Shown piece after piece: positions 27,482 to 41,955 of a stretch of DNA of 64,000 nt (position 1 is its first letter; each line of letters opens with the position of its first letter). The DNA is from Octopus sinensis (Eukaryota), in NCBI RefSeq assembly GCF_006345805.1, contig NC_042999.1:38068001-38132000 (forward strand), given 5' to 3'. Under the pieces are notes generated by a model. The model saw nothing but the letters and a program-made list of their open reading frames with translations. It was not told the origin of the DNA and made no database searches. A program made the translations under genes and the position numbers.

Positions 27482-27680
27482 CGTCTGTGTTTGTCCCCAC
27501 CTCCAACATCGCTTGACACCGGATGCTGGTGTGTTTACGTCCCCGTAACTTAGCAGTACGGCAAAAGAGACCGATAGAGTAAGTACTAAGCTTACAAAGA
27601 ATAAGTCCTGGGGTTGATTTGCTCGACTAAAGGCGGTGCCCCAGCATGGCCGCAGTTAAATGACTGAAACAAGTAAAAGA
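27231..27680 (+). mobile_element. SINE family B full-length copy
   Basis: Same head, CORE-like motif, internal microsatellite and tail as 5923-6334. Confidence 0.9.
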
Positions 27681-29629
27681 ATGTATTTACGCGCGTATGG
27701 GTGTGTATTTGTACGCATCCATGCCTATATGTTTGTAGACGCTCTCGTGTAGAGTTTTCTTTTAGGGTACTCATTTTATGAAGTATTTGTCTCCCTGGGG
27801 CTAGTTAGTAGAGTCGTTATAACGACAGAAGAAACGATGCGCATTATTTATTTATTCCTGTTGTTTGCACTCTGGATTCAAAATCCTTCAGTAAGAACCA
27901 ATGCAGTGCGAAGGATTGGCAGAGTCTTTAAAGCATCAAATTGGATCCCTTATCGAACGTCGCCGTGGCCTACATCAATGCTAGACGTAACTCATCACAA
28001 CGTTTCATATCGCTAATTGCTCTGTGTCTACGTTTAGTGAAATCCACATCTTTGCAGGTTTCCTATTGGAGGATATCCTTATTCTGTCATCCTACGAGTC
28101 TGGGGCTCCCTATGAATAATAATGACTCATCTGCCTGGCTTTCCTCTTCTGGCTCTGCTATAAAAATAGAGCCGATATTAACATATGTTTATCTTAACTG
28201 GCGGTGGGAATGATCGCACAATAACACATTTACAAAGTGAACAATTTAACCGCATAGCTATGCCTGACATGATCCACACACACACATACACATGCAATAT
28301 TATGTTATATAACAGACATATAATTGTGACTGCAAATTGAAATGATTCATACGCGAATATATGGGCAGAAAACAAAATAAATCCCTGGTGGATGATGGAA
28401 ACAGAAACCATGCCTCAGAATTGATATCATGACTGCTATACTACTACGCTCCGTTTAAACTAACAAAATAAGTCACCTGTAGTTACATATCTGAGATTGT
28501 ATTTGTTCAACCTAGCATGCACGTAGTAGGGCATCTTAGACGTTTATTTACTTTCACTTTCGCTATCACCGTCACGAAGTTTCGATTGATCGAGTTTGTC
28601 TTTTGAGACGAGATTAGCGAACCTCGTCGAATTCGATCGGGCGATCGAAATAACGCATTAAATGCTTCATTTACAATGTCAATATATCAAGGCTGTCATG
28701 ACTCAATATTCTATAATAATATGCACCACTGACGTCATATATCACATCTAATATATCCAAACACCAAGATATTCCGTGCCTCTGCTTTTTCATCAGTTAC
28801 TTTCCTTGCTTGATTGCTTGCTTATTTGAGTGGCTAAATCTTGTATCTCAGGAACAACGGAAACAACTACTGAAGCCGAGAAGTCCATCTATTTTTTTTT
28901 CTCAAATATTTCTTAGCAAAACAGAATTTAAAACTTCTTGTTATACTTTTTTTTATAGAAATTTTGCTATTTTAACAATGCTTTCGATGTATGCATTCAT
29001 TTTTATTCGAATCAACGAAATCAGTCATACGAAAAATGAAATTCAATAGAAGAATTTTTTGATACGATACGATGATAGCCTTGCGCAATAGTATAAAATA
29101 TTGAATTTTGACAGACTTGGTGCATTGATACTAACGGTTATAATAATTAATTGTAAAAAAGAAATCGTTCAGGTAGTGACAACATATGTAAAGAAAACTT
29201 TGTTTTGATTCTTTTCTGACTTAATCAGTGGAGAAATGGCTGGGCTCAAGAGCATTTTAGAGTATCTGAAACTTGCGAGAGGGGGCTAGATATTATCAGA
29301 ATGAAAATATATCTTGAATCCTTACAGCAGAGTGAATTCGAATGATATCATTAATAGACCCAGTGGTGGTGTTAAGCAGGGAGACGGATTAAATCAACTC
29401 AACAAAATACCAGAACGGTCTCTCGAACAGCTTCTACGCATTTACCATCTACTAAAATTTTGAACTTACGCACTGCTAGTGAAATATTTTCCCAGTGTAC
29501 CAAGCGGCGAGATTTATTATTGATGCTCTACAGTTCTGAAGCGAACTTGTTAACCAGAAAGCTATGTCCTAATAACAAGTATATGAAATAAAATCGTATT
29601 CGTTATCAATATTGTACTAAATCAAGGCT

Positions 29630-30830
29630 GTGACCTGGCAGAATCGATAGTACATCGGCCAGAATGTTTAGCGGCATTTCGTCCCTATTTACGTTCTGAG
29701 TTTAATTTTCGCCGAGGTCAACCTTACCTTATATTATTTGGAGACGATAAAATAGGTACATCCCTGATATTCATGACCTTGTACTGAAATTTGAAATCAA
29801 TATTATGCAAAGTCATTTCTGAGTCGGGCATAATTTCTTGCAGTATTTATGTACAAAACGTTACACTCCGAATTCAAATTTCTCTGAGGTTAACTTTCCC
29901 TCCCCTCCAGTATTGACAACCATAAAGCACCAGTGAAGTGCCGCTGCCGAAGATAACAACTAGCGCCTACCCTCAAGTTTCTGATCTGCTTTTATCAGAA
30001 ACAATTAGAGCGCGGATAAATAGAATACCTTGTGGTATTTCTTCTGGATCCGTATATTCTGAGTGTAAGCCACATCGAAGCTGGGTTTGCATTTTCCCCC
30101 TGGGGTCGATACTATAATATAGCAGTCAAGTATTTGTGTCAATTTAATCAATTCAAATACATTAAAATATCAAGTCTTTATCTATGTTATTAACATCAAT
30201 AGTCTAAGCAATTAGGGCGGTGAGTTGGCAGACTTGTTTGCACACAGGAAAAATCTTTAGCGGCATTTCGTCCATTTTTACATTCTGAGTTCAAATAACA
30301 CCAAGGTCGAGTTTGCTTATCATCCTTTCGGGGTCGATAAAATAAGTACAAGTTGAGTGATGAGGTCGATGTAATCGACACATCCCCTCACCTGAAATTA
30401 CTGGCCTTGTGCCAAAATTTGAAATCAATATTCTAAGCAATCAGTGAACAAGAAATGTCTTGCGCTATATTTAGTTAGTATCGCTTATGTTCTGTGTTGA
30501 ACTCTTAACGAGGTCAGCCTTGCATTTCATCTTTCCAGTGGGCGATAAAATACAATATCAGTCAAGGATTAGGGCCTATCTAATCGACTGGTACCCAATC
30601 TCGCCAATTTCGTTGCTTTAACTAAGCAAGCATAATATTATACAGCAGGCAAAATATAATATTTAGTTATATCTCTTTACGTCTGAAACCAAATTTCGGA
30701 GCGTAAACCTACTTCTGCAAGTTTCCTTGTTGTTGATAACATAAAGAACCAGTCGCCTACCTGATACACTGAAAAAGACTATATCTTTCCTCCAAAATCC
30801 ATGTCCTTATGTGTATATTAGAATCAGAAT
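29630..30830 (+). repeat. Old head-to-tail array of about six diverged SINE family C-like units
   Basis: Anchor gcggcatttc-like motif at about 29671, 29840, 30032, 30260, 30462 and 30666, each followed by ttctgagttcaaat/gaggtc/gataaaa-like motifs. Confidence 0.7.
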
Positions 30831-31465
30831 TATAACATATTAATAACGTTGATAAATTGTTTTCCTCAATTACAGTTTGTATAAAAAATGAAAACTACGA
30901 AACCCTTCTGCAGGAAAATATCTGATTTTTTGTTGGTGTAAAATAGTTATTATTTCGAAATAAAGTTAGCTGCAATCAATAAAGCTCATACGATAAGGAT
31001 TTCACAGGTTGCAATTTTCTATATAAATCATTCTATGCGAAAATATCTTACAGTGAAAACAGAGCTGATGGCGCATAAATAAACCCGAAAATTTTAAGCA
31101 ATTTACTCTCCTCTTTTCCAAAAAAAAAAAAAAACAAGAAACAAATGAACAAAAAACAAACACAATAAATAATAACAAGAGAACGTGAGCAACGGTAACA
31201 AAACATTTGCCTTCCCTCAACTCAAGGCTGTATTACTTTCTATGGAATGCTATAAGTATCGCAATTGCTCCGGATTAAAAGAAACGTGGTGATGCATTAG
31301 GGTAGAAAGAAACATTTTCATTTTCAGGGGGTAATAAACTTGAATCTTGTATATTACTGGGGTTAGTTGATTAGATCAATTGTTACTAGTCCTAATATTG
31401 ATAGACCAACCCTTATTTTGGACAACAACAACAACAACAACAACAACAATAATAATAATAATGAT

Positions 31466-31508
<43 letters not shown>

Positions 31509-31984
31509 GTCTTGGTATAAAAGATGGTCTACAGCAAATATTCTGCTCAATACCACAGATTTGCTTGTCAGTTGTTTGACCTTAACCAGTTGAGCATGTC
31601 CCTTAGTGGATGACGATATGTGCATCTCTGATCACGAGCAGAAGTAGTGGGGGAGCATCATAGCCATGTGTTGAGAGGGATTCTTTGGGGTTTGAATAAT
31701 TCACCTCTGGAAACATGGGTGGTTCTTTCAACATCCTTAAACAACCCTTATTCAGGGACCTTTTGAGCGGGATGGGCTACTAAACCTGAAGAAAATTCTA
31801 ACTGGGCCCCCACCTGCAAGGTCATGTGCTGTTTATCTTGATATGAGATCACCATGTCGCGCACATATGGTTGTGATGCATGTGCCTAGTGTACCCTTAT
31901 CAGACGGGTAGTTATGATGGGTATGTTGGGCTTCGTATATTTTACCCCAGTGTCACTTTGATGGCATGAACTGCTCTCTCACTC

Positions 31985-31985
<1 letters not shown>
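31509..31985 (+). mobile_element. 5'-truncated copy of the ~543-bp (TAA)n-embedded non-coding element
   Basis: Closely matches about 62220-62695; flanked by (AAT)n on both sides. Confidence 0.9.
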
Positions 31986-32038
<53 letters not shown>

Positions 32039-32104
32039 TAAAGAATAAGAACGAAAACATAAACAAAGAAAATAAAGGTGGGGAGGAAAGATAAATTCAG
32101 TGCA

Positions 32105-33527
32105 ACAATGCTCTTCTCGGTACGTGTGACGTACCAGTTATGACAAACATTTGCACTTCCTGCTTGAGTGGTAAGCCTGTCATCCCTCTTAAAAATTTTC
32201 AGTTCCTTTTTCGATCATTCCAAGTGCTCCTACAATCACTGGTGTTGTAACCGTCTTGCGACGCCACATCTTTTCCAATTCGATTAGCAAATCTTTATAT
32301 TTTCTGAGCTTATCGAATTATTTTGCCGAGATATGCTCATGTCGATCAATAAACAAACTTTATTGTTTTGGCCTTTCACAACAATATCTAATTTATTTGT
32401 TTTGATGGTTTGATTTTTACACACTGTAATGTCCCAAAGAATCGTTACATTTTCTCCCTCAGTAACAGTCTCAGGTGTAGGGTGCTTGTACCATTTCTCA
32501 GCAGTTTTGAATATATGATGCCGACACATTATCCAATGCAGATATTGGCCAATTCTGTCATGTTTTGATCTGTACTCTACATGCACTAAAATTTACACCC
32601 AGAGGTTAGGTGGTCCACTGTCTCAATCTCATCATTGCAGTAACTGCACTTTGTATCTACTCCATATTTCATCACACTGGATTGATAGTTCCCGGTCAAT
32701 AAAGTGTGATCTTGAGCAGCCAAGATAAAGCCTTCACTCTGCCTTTAGCTCTGAGATCCGTAGCTACTGATGAGTGTGGTTCTCGTGTACATCAGCTTGT
32801 TTGCTATGGGCCAAATATTTGCCATACAGAATTTTTCTTCCCACCTATCAACCAATTGTTCATGCACAATTTGCTTTGTTATTGATCTCATCTTCTTTGC
32901 AACTACAGTTGCCGCACTTCCATCATACTATTCAACATGTGTGTTATACATAAACTCACTTGAAAAGTTTTTTTTTTCTTTCCTTTATAATAGAATGAAG
33001 CTTCTTGCGTCTTTCGTGATTTTCAATGTGCTTCAGCATCCAGTCGTTAGATGTTCCGAGATATTTTGTCAGTCCAGTTGCCGTGGTTTTGTAAGAGATT
33101 TCAAATTTGATCAGGCATCGATCTCCTTGAACTCCCGGAAGGTAAGGATTGTGCATCATATTGTAAGTCAGCAGCTTACGGACTTTCTTGTCAATATTCT
33201 TTATTTCGCTATTTCTGTTCAACACATTGAAACAGTAAATGACAACCAAAACAGGTAAGGTATTTTTAGTTAACACCTTGATACGTGCACTTAACTTAGA
33301 TATTAGGTCTGCTTGAACTCACCTGTAACATTCCTTCCTGATCTTCTCTTTCATGCTTTCATGTTGAATGACAGAGCCCCCATTTATTCCGAGGTATTTG
33401 TAACCTTTGTTCCTGTTCGAGGCCAATTGTGTCAACATCTAACAAAAGTGAATGTGAAGCCATCAATTTCCTTTCCTGGAAAGTGGCCTTGGCACATTTA
33501 TCAAGACCGAATTCCATCCCGATATCT
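32105..33527 (-). pseudogene. R4/Dong-like (RLE-type) non-LTR retrotransposon, 3' fragment
   Basis: DIGMEFGLDKCAK (RT end), EGFILAAQDHTL...KCSYC..ETVDHLTSGC (zinc knuckle), KHDRIGQYLHW, KLDIVV..LLIDMS (RLE), PVIVGALGMI; frameshifts and stops. Confidence 0.9.
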
Positions 33528-33623
33528 ATTATAATTATCATCATCATCATCATAATCATCATCGTCATCATCATCATCATCATCATTCTTCTTCTTCTTC
33601 TTCTTCTTCTTCTTCTTCTTCTT

Positions 33624-33696
<73 letters not shown>

Positions 33697-33757
33697 TATT
33701 ATTATTATTATTATTATATTATTAATATTACTATTATTATTATTATTATTATTATTA
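33528..33757. repeat. Compound (ATC)n(TTC)n(TTA)n microsatellite
   Basis: Read directly; sits between two LINE fragments. Confidence 0.95.
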
Positions 33758-33769
33758 CTTTTTTTTCTT

Positions 33770-33832
33770 CTTTCAAGTTTGCTTCCATTTCTTGCCGAGT
33801 GTCTTCCCGACTCCTAGGGCAAAGAAACTCAT

Positions 33833-33865
<33 letters not shown>

Positions 33866-34390
33866 CAGTAGTTTCATACTTATAACACACTTTCACTTCA
33901 GTACCGAGCGCAGCTCTGTATACCTTGGGTATGTGCTGTGGTTTGCTGTGATGCTCTTATGGTTACTGTATTGAAAGTGTTTTGCGTAGAATGTGTGTAG
34001 TGCCCAGTAATGCAATTTTCTGTATGCTATATATATTTGTATGTCCTGGTGTTTTGTTATGTATTTCTCTGAATATTCTTTTATCATACCTCATGCGCTT
34101 ATTATGATAGGAATTGTTTCTATTTTTAGACTCTGTCATTCAACATTCAACATTCGAGTTACCTCTATTTCCAGGTCTTTGTATTTTGAAAGTTTCTCCA
34201 TTTCTTTTAGAGACACGTTGTCATCTGATGGTATTGATACATCGATTAGAAAGCATGTTTTTTCTTGATGAACTCTGACAACTATATATGGCCTATTGGC
34301 CTTACTTTCTCCGTGTGTATTGGCATATCCCAGAGTATGGTTACTTTCTCGTTTTCTGTGACCTTTTCTGGTGTGAGCCTATACCATCTT
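33770..34390 (-). pseudogene. Second R4/Dong-like LINE 3' end (RLE domain plus 3' UTR)
   Basis: Minus strand NRPYIVVRVHQEKTCFLIDVSIPSDDNVSLKEMEKLSKYKDLEIEVTRM...IETIPIII; ends in (TAA)n. Confidence 0.88.
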
Positions 34391-34456
34391 TATTATTATT
34401 ATTGAGTGAGAGAGCAGTTCATGCCATCAAAGTGACTATTATTATTATTATTATTA

Positions 34457-34513
<57 letters not shown>

Positions 34514-34515
34514 TA

Positions 34516-35733
34516 TTGTGGAGGCGAATCAAAAGTTTTGCAACATTTGCATACGTCCTAGTTTGCAGCGTGTATATCACATAACCGAAGTAGTTCAAGT
34601 CGTGACATTTTCCCGCTGATATTGTGTCAGCTGGTGCACTTTCACGTTGGGTATTGCTTTATTCCGTATATGAGTATAAGACTTGAACGCCACTAAGATA
34701 GACGTGCAACACAATCTAATTCAGAAACTTAACCTATATGAATTCGAATTGAGTGGACCATAACGCCACCGAAGCAACCAAAATAATTTGTTGTTCTATA
34801 GGTGAAGGCGTGGTTAATTACTGATAGTTCATGAAATTTCGTTCAGGTTACAAGAAACTTGATGATCAGTCAAGGTTAACTATGCCTAAAACCGTGGATA
34901 TTGAGGACGAGCAACGAGGCAGAGAAACTGCCGGTGAGTAGCACTCGGAGAGTATCAGGACATATCGGCATCTCATGGATGTATGACATTGTGCGTCAAA
35001 AATAAGCAGAATTGGTTAACAGAAAGTATGCTCAGAAAGACGGCGAACTGGCAGAGTCGTTAGCACGCCGGGCGAAATGCTTAGCGGTATTTCATCTAAC
35101 ATTACGTTCTGAGTTCAAATTCCGCCGAGGTCGACTTTGCCTTTCATCCTTTCGGGGTCGATTAAATAAGTACCAGTTACACACTGAGGTCGATATAATC
35201 GACTTAATCTGTTTGTCTGTCATTGTTTGTTCTCTCTGTGTTTAAGCCCCTTGTGGATAGTATAGAAATAGGTATTTCGTCTGCCGTTACTTTCTGAGTT
35301 CAAATTCCACCAAGGTAGACTTTACCTTTCATCCTTTCGGGGTCGATAAATTAAGTACCAATTGCGCTGGATTAAGTCGTTGTAATCGACTTAATCCCTT
35401 TATCTGTCCTTGTTTGTCCCGTCTATGTTTTGCCCCTTGTGGGCAATAAAGAAATAAGAAAGTATGCTCTTCAACAGCAAGGCAACAAGACACGTCTGTT
35501 CTGTTCCATGGCTCACTTCATTTGGTCGCGACGCTTCATCAGCCAAGAGAATATGGAAGATTCAGTAAAGGAGTTCTTCGCTTCGAGGTACACGAACTGG
35601 TATAAGCGCGGGATCAGAAGAACTGCCAGAAAGTTGGCTTCAGAGGATGCATCACGATGCTAGACTACTTTTGTTATAACTTGAATGAAGCAACTAGATA
35701 CCAAAATATGGCAAAACATTTTATTCAACACAA
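34516..35733 (+). mobile_element. Old internally deleted mariner, split by a SINE dimer
   Basis: N-terminal LYEFEL..HNATEATK..KFRSG..LDDQSR; C-terminal LFCSMAHF..RRF..VKEFFAS...WYKRGI; degenerate TIRs ttgtggaggcgaatcaaaagttttgc / ggcaaaacattttattcaacacaa with TA flanks. Confidence 0.8.
35034..35456 (+). mobile_element. SINE family C dimer (one head, two bodies) with 13-bp TSD
   Basis: TSD agaaagtatgctc at 35021-35033 and 35457-35469; junction gaaata|ggtatttc at 35270/35271; core gcctttcatcctttcggggtcgat.aaataagtacc resembles the Nin/Deu SINE domain. Confidence 0.92.
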
Positions 35734-35996
35734 TATTATTATTGCTGCTGTTCAACGATTATAAGTAAATACATAAGTAAATACATAAACGCTGAATCTA
35801 TACAGCAATAGAAAGTATTTTTTTTATTTACTTCTTTGAGGAGAAAAATAAAATATATAAACGCGTGCTTTGTTTGGAAAAAACATTCGGTTGTTCGGTG
35901 CAAGTACGCATTAGAACAGAATGTATATTTGCGCTATTCACGAAGACAAAACAAGCATGCACACAAAACAAAGACAAACGCATACACGTGAATTCG

Positions 35997-36045
<49 letters not shown>

Positions 36046-36130
36046 TGTATGTGTGTGTGCCTGTTGTGTGAGTGTGTGTGTGTGTGATTGTGTGTGTGTG
36101 TGTGATTGTGTGTGTATATAATAATAATAT

Positions 36131-36187
<57 letters not shown>

Positions 36188-36304
36188 ATATATATATATA
36201 TATATAATGATAATAAAACGAATGCCTTTCATTTGCCACATGCATATATACATACACACACACACACGTACACACACACATACCACACATGCGCACACAC
36301 ACAA

Positions 36305-36358
<54 letters not shown>

Positions 36359-36673
36359 CGTGTTTTCACTTGTTAACAATGCAACCACACCTATTAATAG
36401 TATGTTTAGATGCAAGACCAAAATATAAAATGCAAGAGGGAAAACGTAATCGGAATTAATTGGAATAGCATCCCAAAGCGAGGCTGACGGAATGAGAAGA
36501 GAAAATCGGTCGTAGAGAAATACCTATCCTTTTAAATTAAAATCTACTGGACTCTAAGCAAGAGGCAATAAACATGAACACAGTTAAGTAATATAGCAAT
36601 AAAAATATAAGTAAATAACTATAGCAATTACATATTTTGCGACACAAGATTTTTATCCGATTTTCGACCTTTA

Positions 36674-36712
<39 letters not shown>

Positions 36713-37035
36713 TTATATATATATAATATATATTATATATATATATATATATTATATATATATATATTGCACACGAATTTACTCACATACGTACTCCCGC
36801 TTGCACTAATGCATGAGTGTATATATTTGTGTGTGTGTGGTGTGTGTGTGTATGTAATTATTGTGTGTTTATAATATATGCATGTATATATATATATGTA
36901 TATATGTTTATATATATGTATAATATGTACATATATATATATACATATATATACATGCATATCTATATATAGGTATATATGTATATATATGTATACATAC
37001 GTATATATATGTATATATATATATGCGTATATATA

Positions 37036-37079
<44 letters not shown>

Positions 37080-37801
37080 TACACCATCGTGTGTTTTTGT
37101 TGGTAAGCATATGCTAGCGCGTAACCGGGCTTATGAGTGTGTGTGGGTGTGCGTGCAGATATATTTTTGTATGAATCTGTATTCATAAATGTGTGGTTGT
37201 GTGTGTATGCACATATACATATGCATGTGTGTTTGTATATTCTTTTCTTCATAACAGCAGTACTGTCTTATATTTCTGCCTCTTCTCTCGCTCCTTAGAA
37301 ATTCTTCTTCGACCATCCTTAGATTTATCGTGTTTTCTCTGCATGCGTTCTAAATAGAAAGAAAACGGTAAATCAAAATTGGCAAAACGAGTAAGTTCGT
37401 CTCTTAACAGCGTTCATAAGAGACTATTGTTGAGCTATCTACTGCAGACGAAATCACAGTAGATGCCTTGGAAAAATCAATGGATTTCCAAGATCCATTC
37501 TTCAAATTCAAAGAAAGGAAATATAATTTTCTTGCTCACATGCAATGGTCGAAATCAAACGTAGATCTACTGGACAGTATTATAAGAAGTGCGAATAGCT
37601 ACACGAATGAGAACACGGACACTATAGTTCTAAAGAGCACCACGAACTTTACTATACAATTGACTCTCCGTAAGATTGTCATGAAGTTGAATGATTCGAT
37701 GGAAGATACATTGACAACAAAATAGAAACAAACGCTATAAAATAAATACAACTATATATATATATTTACATACATACACACACATACACACACACACATA
37801 T

Positions 37802-37832
<31 letters not shown>

Positions 37833-38382
37833 AATACACACACATATATATATACATACATAAATATATACATACGTTCATGCATGCATACATACGTACA
37901 CACACACACATATATATAAAAATATATTTGTAATAATAAGAAACATTAAATTCACCAGAAAGGCAAATACTTAGTTTCAGATGCCAGTGGCTACTATATA
38001 AAAAGAGAAATAAAGTGTGGATATGGTTATCCTAAGATCTAATCTTGTAAATGGTATACCAAGTGGATGAATTTGTCCCCTAAATATAAAAGGGAAATGA
38101 AAATAGCTCCACCCTCAGTAGCTTGTATCTTTGAATTTGTAGATTGTGCAAAGTGTCAAGCACAAAACAGTTTGCACGGATTTGATAATGACAGATTTTA
38201 AAGATTGTTTATAATAATATGGAAACAAATTTTCACCCCATTACCCCATATTCAATCTTGTCATCTTGTGATTAGTTGTTGGAGCAGAAACTCAAACATT
38301 AGAAATAAATATGTGGCTTATTTTTCCCTCTGAAAAAGTAGTTGATCAACGGCCAATAAACTATAACCTAAATGATTTAGGT

Positions 38383-38432
<50 letters not shown>

Positions 38433-39488
38433 TACAACATTATAATGTTGATGTATATTAGTTTTATAAAAATCTCTGCATTCTCTATGAGTGTCATTAT
38501 AACCATTTGACATTAACCAAGTTTTCCTAATGCTAAATCTGTTTATCAAATAGTAGTAATTGGCATTGTAATGTGACAATCCTTTTCTATCTACCTAAAT
38601 TTCTTTATATGGAACTTTGACATCTAGTTCACCCCTATTTCTATAAATAGAAAATCTTTCTTGTCTCCTTTCATTTGTCCATTCTTCTCAGAACCTTCTA
38701 GCAGTTCATAGCAGCTGAATATTATTCAGTCAGTTGATAAACTCCACTACCTTAAATGTTCTTAAATTTAAATCCACATTTTTATTCTATATATCTACCT
38801 TCTTTATAATGTTATCACTTGATATGAAAATTATGTATTAATGGAAAACCTCTATTAATGACTGATGAGTGCTCATATTTTTAAACTGTTGTAATACTTA
38901 CAACATTTAATAAAATGGTGTAGTGCGAAACGATCGTACCAAATTAACGAAGTTATTCTTGTTGCTTATTTTGCTTATATTATATATATATATGTTCATG
39001 GCACAACATAAATTTTAGGATTATAAACATTCTTAATAAAGAAGTAGGATATTTGCCAACATTTATCGGTCAATGTATGATTGATTTGTATTCAACGTTG
39101 CGCCAAAATTCATACCATACAAGTCCGCAAGAACCTTATTAGAATTAAAAGGTCAATGATCGCTAAAATTATGAGTAAAAGACTATTCAACGCTTCTCTT
39201 ACTTGCAACCTCGCCCAGAGTATGCGCCCACTCAAAATACAACTCAAATTCCCCATTCAGGGAGAGAAAAAATATGCCCTGTTGTGAAAATCAGACGTTC
39301 TTTTGACATGAATATGGTCAGAAAAATACAGGAGAAAGAAATGTCTAAGAAACATTGGTAAAGTGTTTGCAAGTCTAGTACCCAGGATAGACTTTTACGT
39401 TTACACTTATTGTTACAGTATACGTATCAGCTAGCTGGGGTATAGTTTGGGTGCACTTGGGTTTTGGGGGTAACTATGTGATTCCTTA

Positions 39489-39796
39489 TGGAGGTACATG
39501 GCCTAGTGGTTAGAGCAGCGGACTCGCGGTTGATGGATCACGGGTTCGAATCTCAGACCGGGCGAAGTATGTGTTTATGAGTGAAACACCTAAGCTCCAC
39601 GCGGCTCCGGCAGAAGGTAATGGCGAACTTCTGCTGACTCTTTCGCCATAACTTTTTCTCACTCTTTCTTCCTGTATCTAGCAGCTCACCTGCGACGGAC
39701 CGGCGTCCCGTCCAGGTGGGGAATCTATACGCCAATGAAACCGGGAAACCGGCCCTATGAGCCAGGCGGAGCTCGAGGAAGAACAAACGACAACAA
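39489..39796 (+). mobile_element. SINE family A-related copy (tail type 3)
   Basis: Head ggaggtacatggcctagtggttagagcagcggactcgcgg, core aaacacctaagctccacg, tail gaaaccggccctatgagcc...gaacaaacgacaac; gtgattcc on both flanks (possible TSD). Confidence 0.85.
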
Positions 39797-40963
39797 GTGA
39801 TTCCCTAATTTGAACCCTACAAATAATGACAATATTGGAGGCTATAAAAATCTGCAAAGCCTTCGGAAGATTTAAATCATGATGAACGAGACAAGATATT
39901 TTATTTTACAATTTTGCTACCAAGCAGGTGGCTGGTTAAAATTTACTCTAAATTAAAAAAGAGAACAAGGAAACAGAAATTCAAATATACACACATACCA
40001 ATATATACATATCCATATATAAAACATGTCTTTATAAGGCAATATTTAAAAATATGTATACTAGAAACAGAAGAATAGCGTGGGGTTTATATTTCGATAA
40101 ATGATGACTACTTTGTTCGGATTATATGGCACAAAAGTCATGCCATAGTAATTTACAATAGATACATACATACATACATACATACATACATACATACATA
40201 CATACATACATCATATATACGTACATATAACACAAGCAAATCGTATATATAACTCCTGGCACCGCTTGTGAATTATAGATAAGTATCAAGTCAATTATTT
40301 TTTCTGAGAGTGTCTGGATAATATCAACCATTTCCAAATATATAAAGCTATTCGCATTGAAATTATATTTCATTTAGCAATGAAAAGTTACTTCTATTAC
40401 ACTATTTTATTTCAGTTCAGTGATTTCATTCATTAACTTATTGCCAATGGACATCTGGAAGGCAAAGGCGCACCGACTCTGAAATATTTACAATGACACC
40501 ACGCAACCAACCTGATTATAAAACATAACAACTGAAAAGAATTAATATCGTATACACAAGGAAACATATTTTCATAGACAGAACGATGACAAATCTATAT
40601 AAATATTCATTAGAATTATAATATAATGATTTCGTTGTACACAGAAATATACCATACCGAATGAAATATGAATATGTTGGAGGCAATAAAACTGAAACCA
40701 GTCTTTAAGGCTCCCCATTTTACAATTTACAACCTTAGGATAATTAGCTTTCTACACAATCGCTTTGTGGTACATCATCCAATATAAAAACCATTGTATA
40801 TATGTATACGTGCATTTATGCAAATACTAATTGTGTATGAATAAATATTCCCTACATTTTAAAAACTTTCTTTGCGCCAAATTTAACCTCTCTTTTTCCT
40901 TCCTTTATTCACTTCGCTCTTCTTTCTCTCTCAAAGAGGGAGTAACATTCAACACACACACAC

Positions 40964-41015
<52 letters not shown>

Positions 41016-41811
41016 ACACACACACACACACATGCAAGCATTCAAATAACCATGTGTTATAGCGAACGTAAACCTATGGCGGGCAAGTTAATGTGTTTTT
41101 CTTCCGAAATATGATATGTTACGGAGGCACTGTATCTAAAAATAAGGTATGTGGTAGGGCAAGGAAAAAGCGTCTGGGGAGTAGCTGACAAGAATGCCAG
41201 GTGAATCTCGGCCTTGTTGGGCCTTGACAATGATGCATATTACAACCACATGCCAAAATGAGATATATTACTTCCGATAGAGGAAACATTGAAGGTTTTA
41301 TTCACTACTATTGTGAATAGACTTCGCGATGAATAATAACCCGGTGTACGTAAAGGAAGCAATATTAAATGAAGATAGCTGTCTATATATCATATTTAAT
41401 GTATATACACCAGAGACGTATAAGTTAGGGGGTCTACGAATCTGATTACAACAAAAGGGAAAAACCCTTGAAAAAAATTGACAACGTTTGAAGAAATCAG
41501 AATTCCTCTTATAATAATTTACAAGAGAGATGGTGAAATATTCAAAGAATGACAACCCATAATCCCTCATGGACAGAAGTAATAATTCGTAGTTAAAGGA
41601 AGTCAACTACCATAAAACACTCACAATAACATAAGAAATGACCGTGATAATCACAATCTACTAAAACATTCCGAGGAAGATAGGATAACATTAATATCAA
41701 ACATTTTCCCGATTAGAACCACTACTTCTAAATAAATAAATAAAAATAAAATAAAACGAAATAAGACTGGACAAAAATGACTCACAACGAAACAAAACAA
41801 AAGAAATAGAA

Positions 41812-41955
41812 CTTAGCGGTTCGGCAAAAAGAGACCTATAGAATAAGTACTGGGCTTACAAAAAGAATAAGTCCCGGGGTCGAGTTGCTCGACTAAAGGC
41901 GGTGATCCAGCATGGCCGCAGTCAAATGACTGAAACAAGTAAAAGAGTAAAAGAG
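41812..41955 (+). mobile_element. SINE family B 3' half
   Basis: cttagcggttcggcaaaa...catggccgcagtcaaatgactgaaacaagtaaaagagt. Confidence 0.88.
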
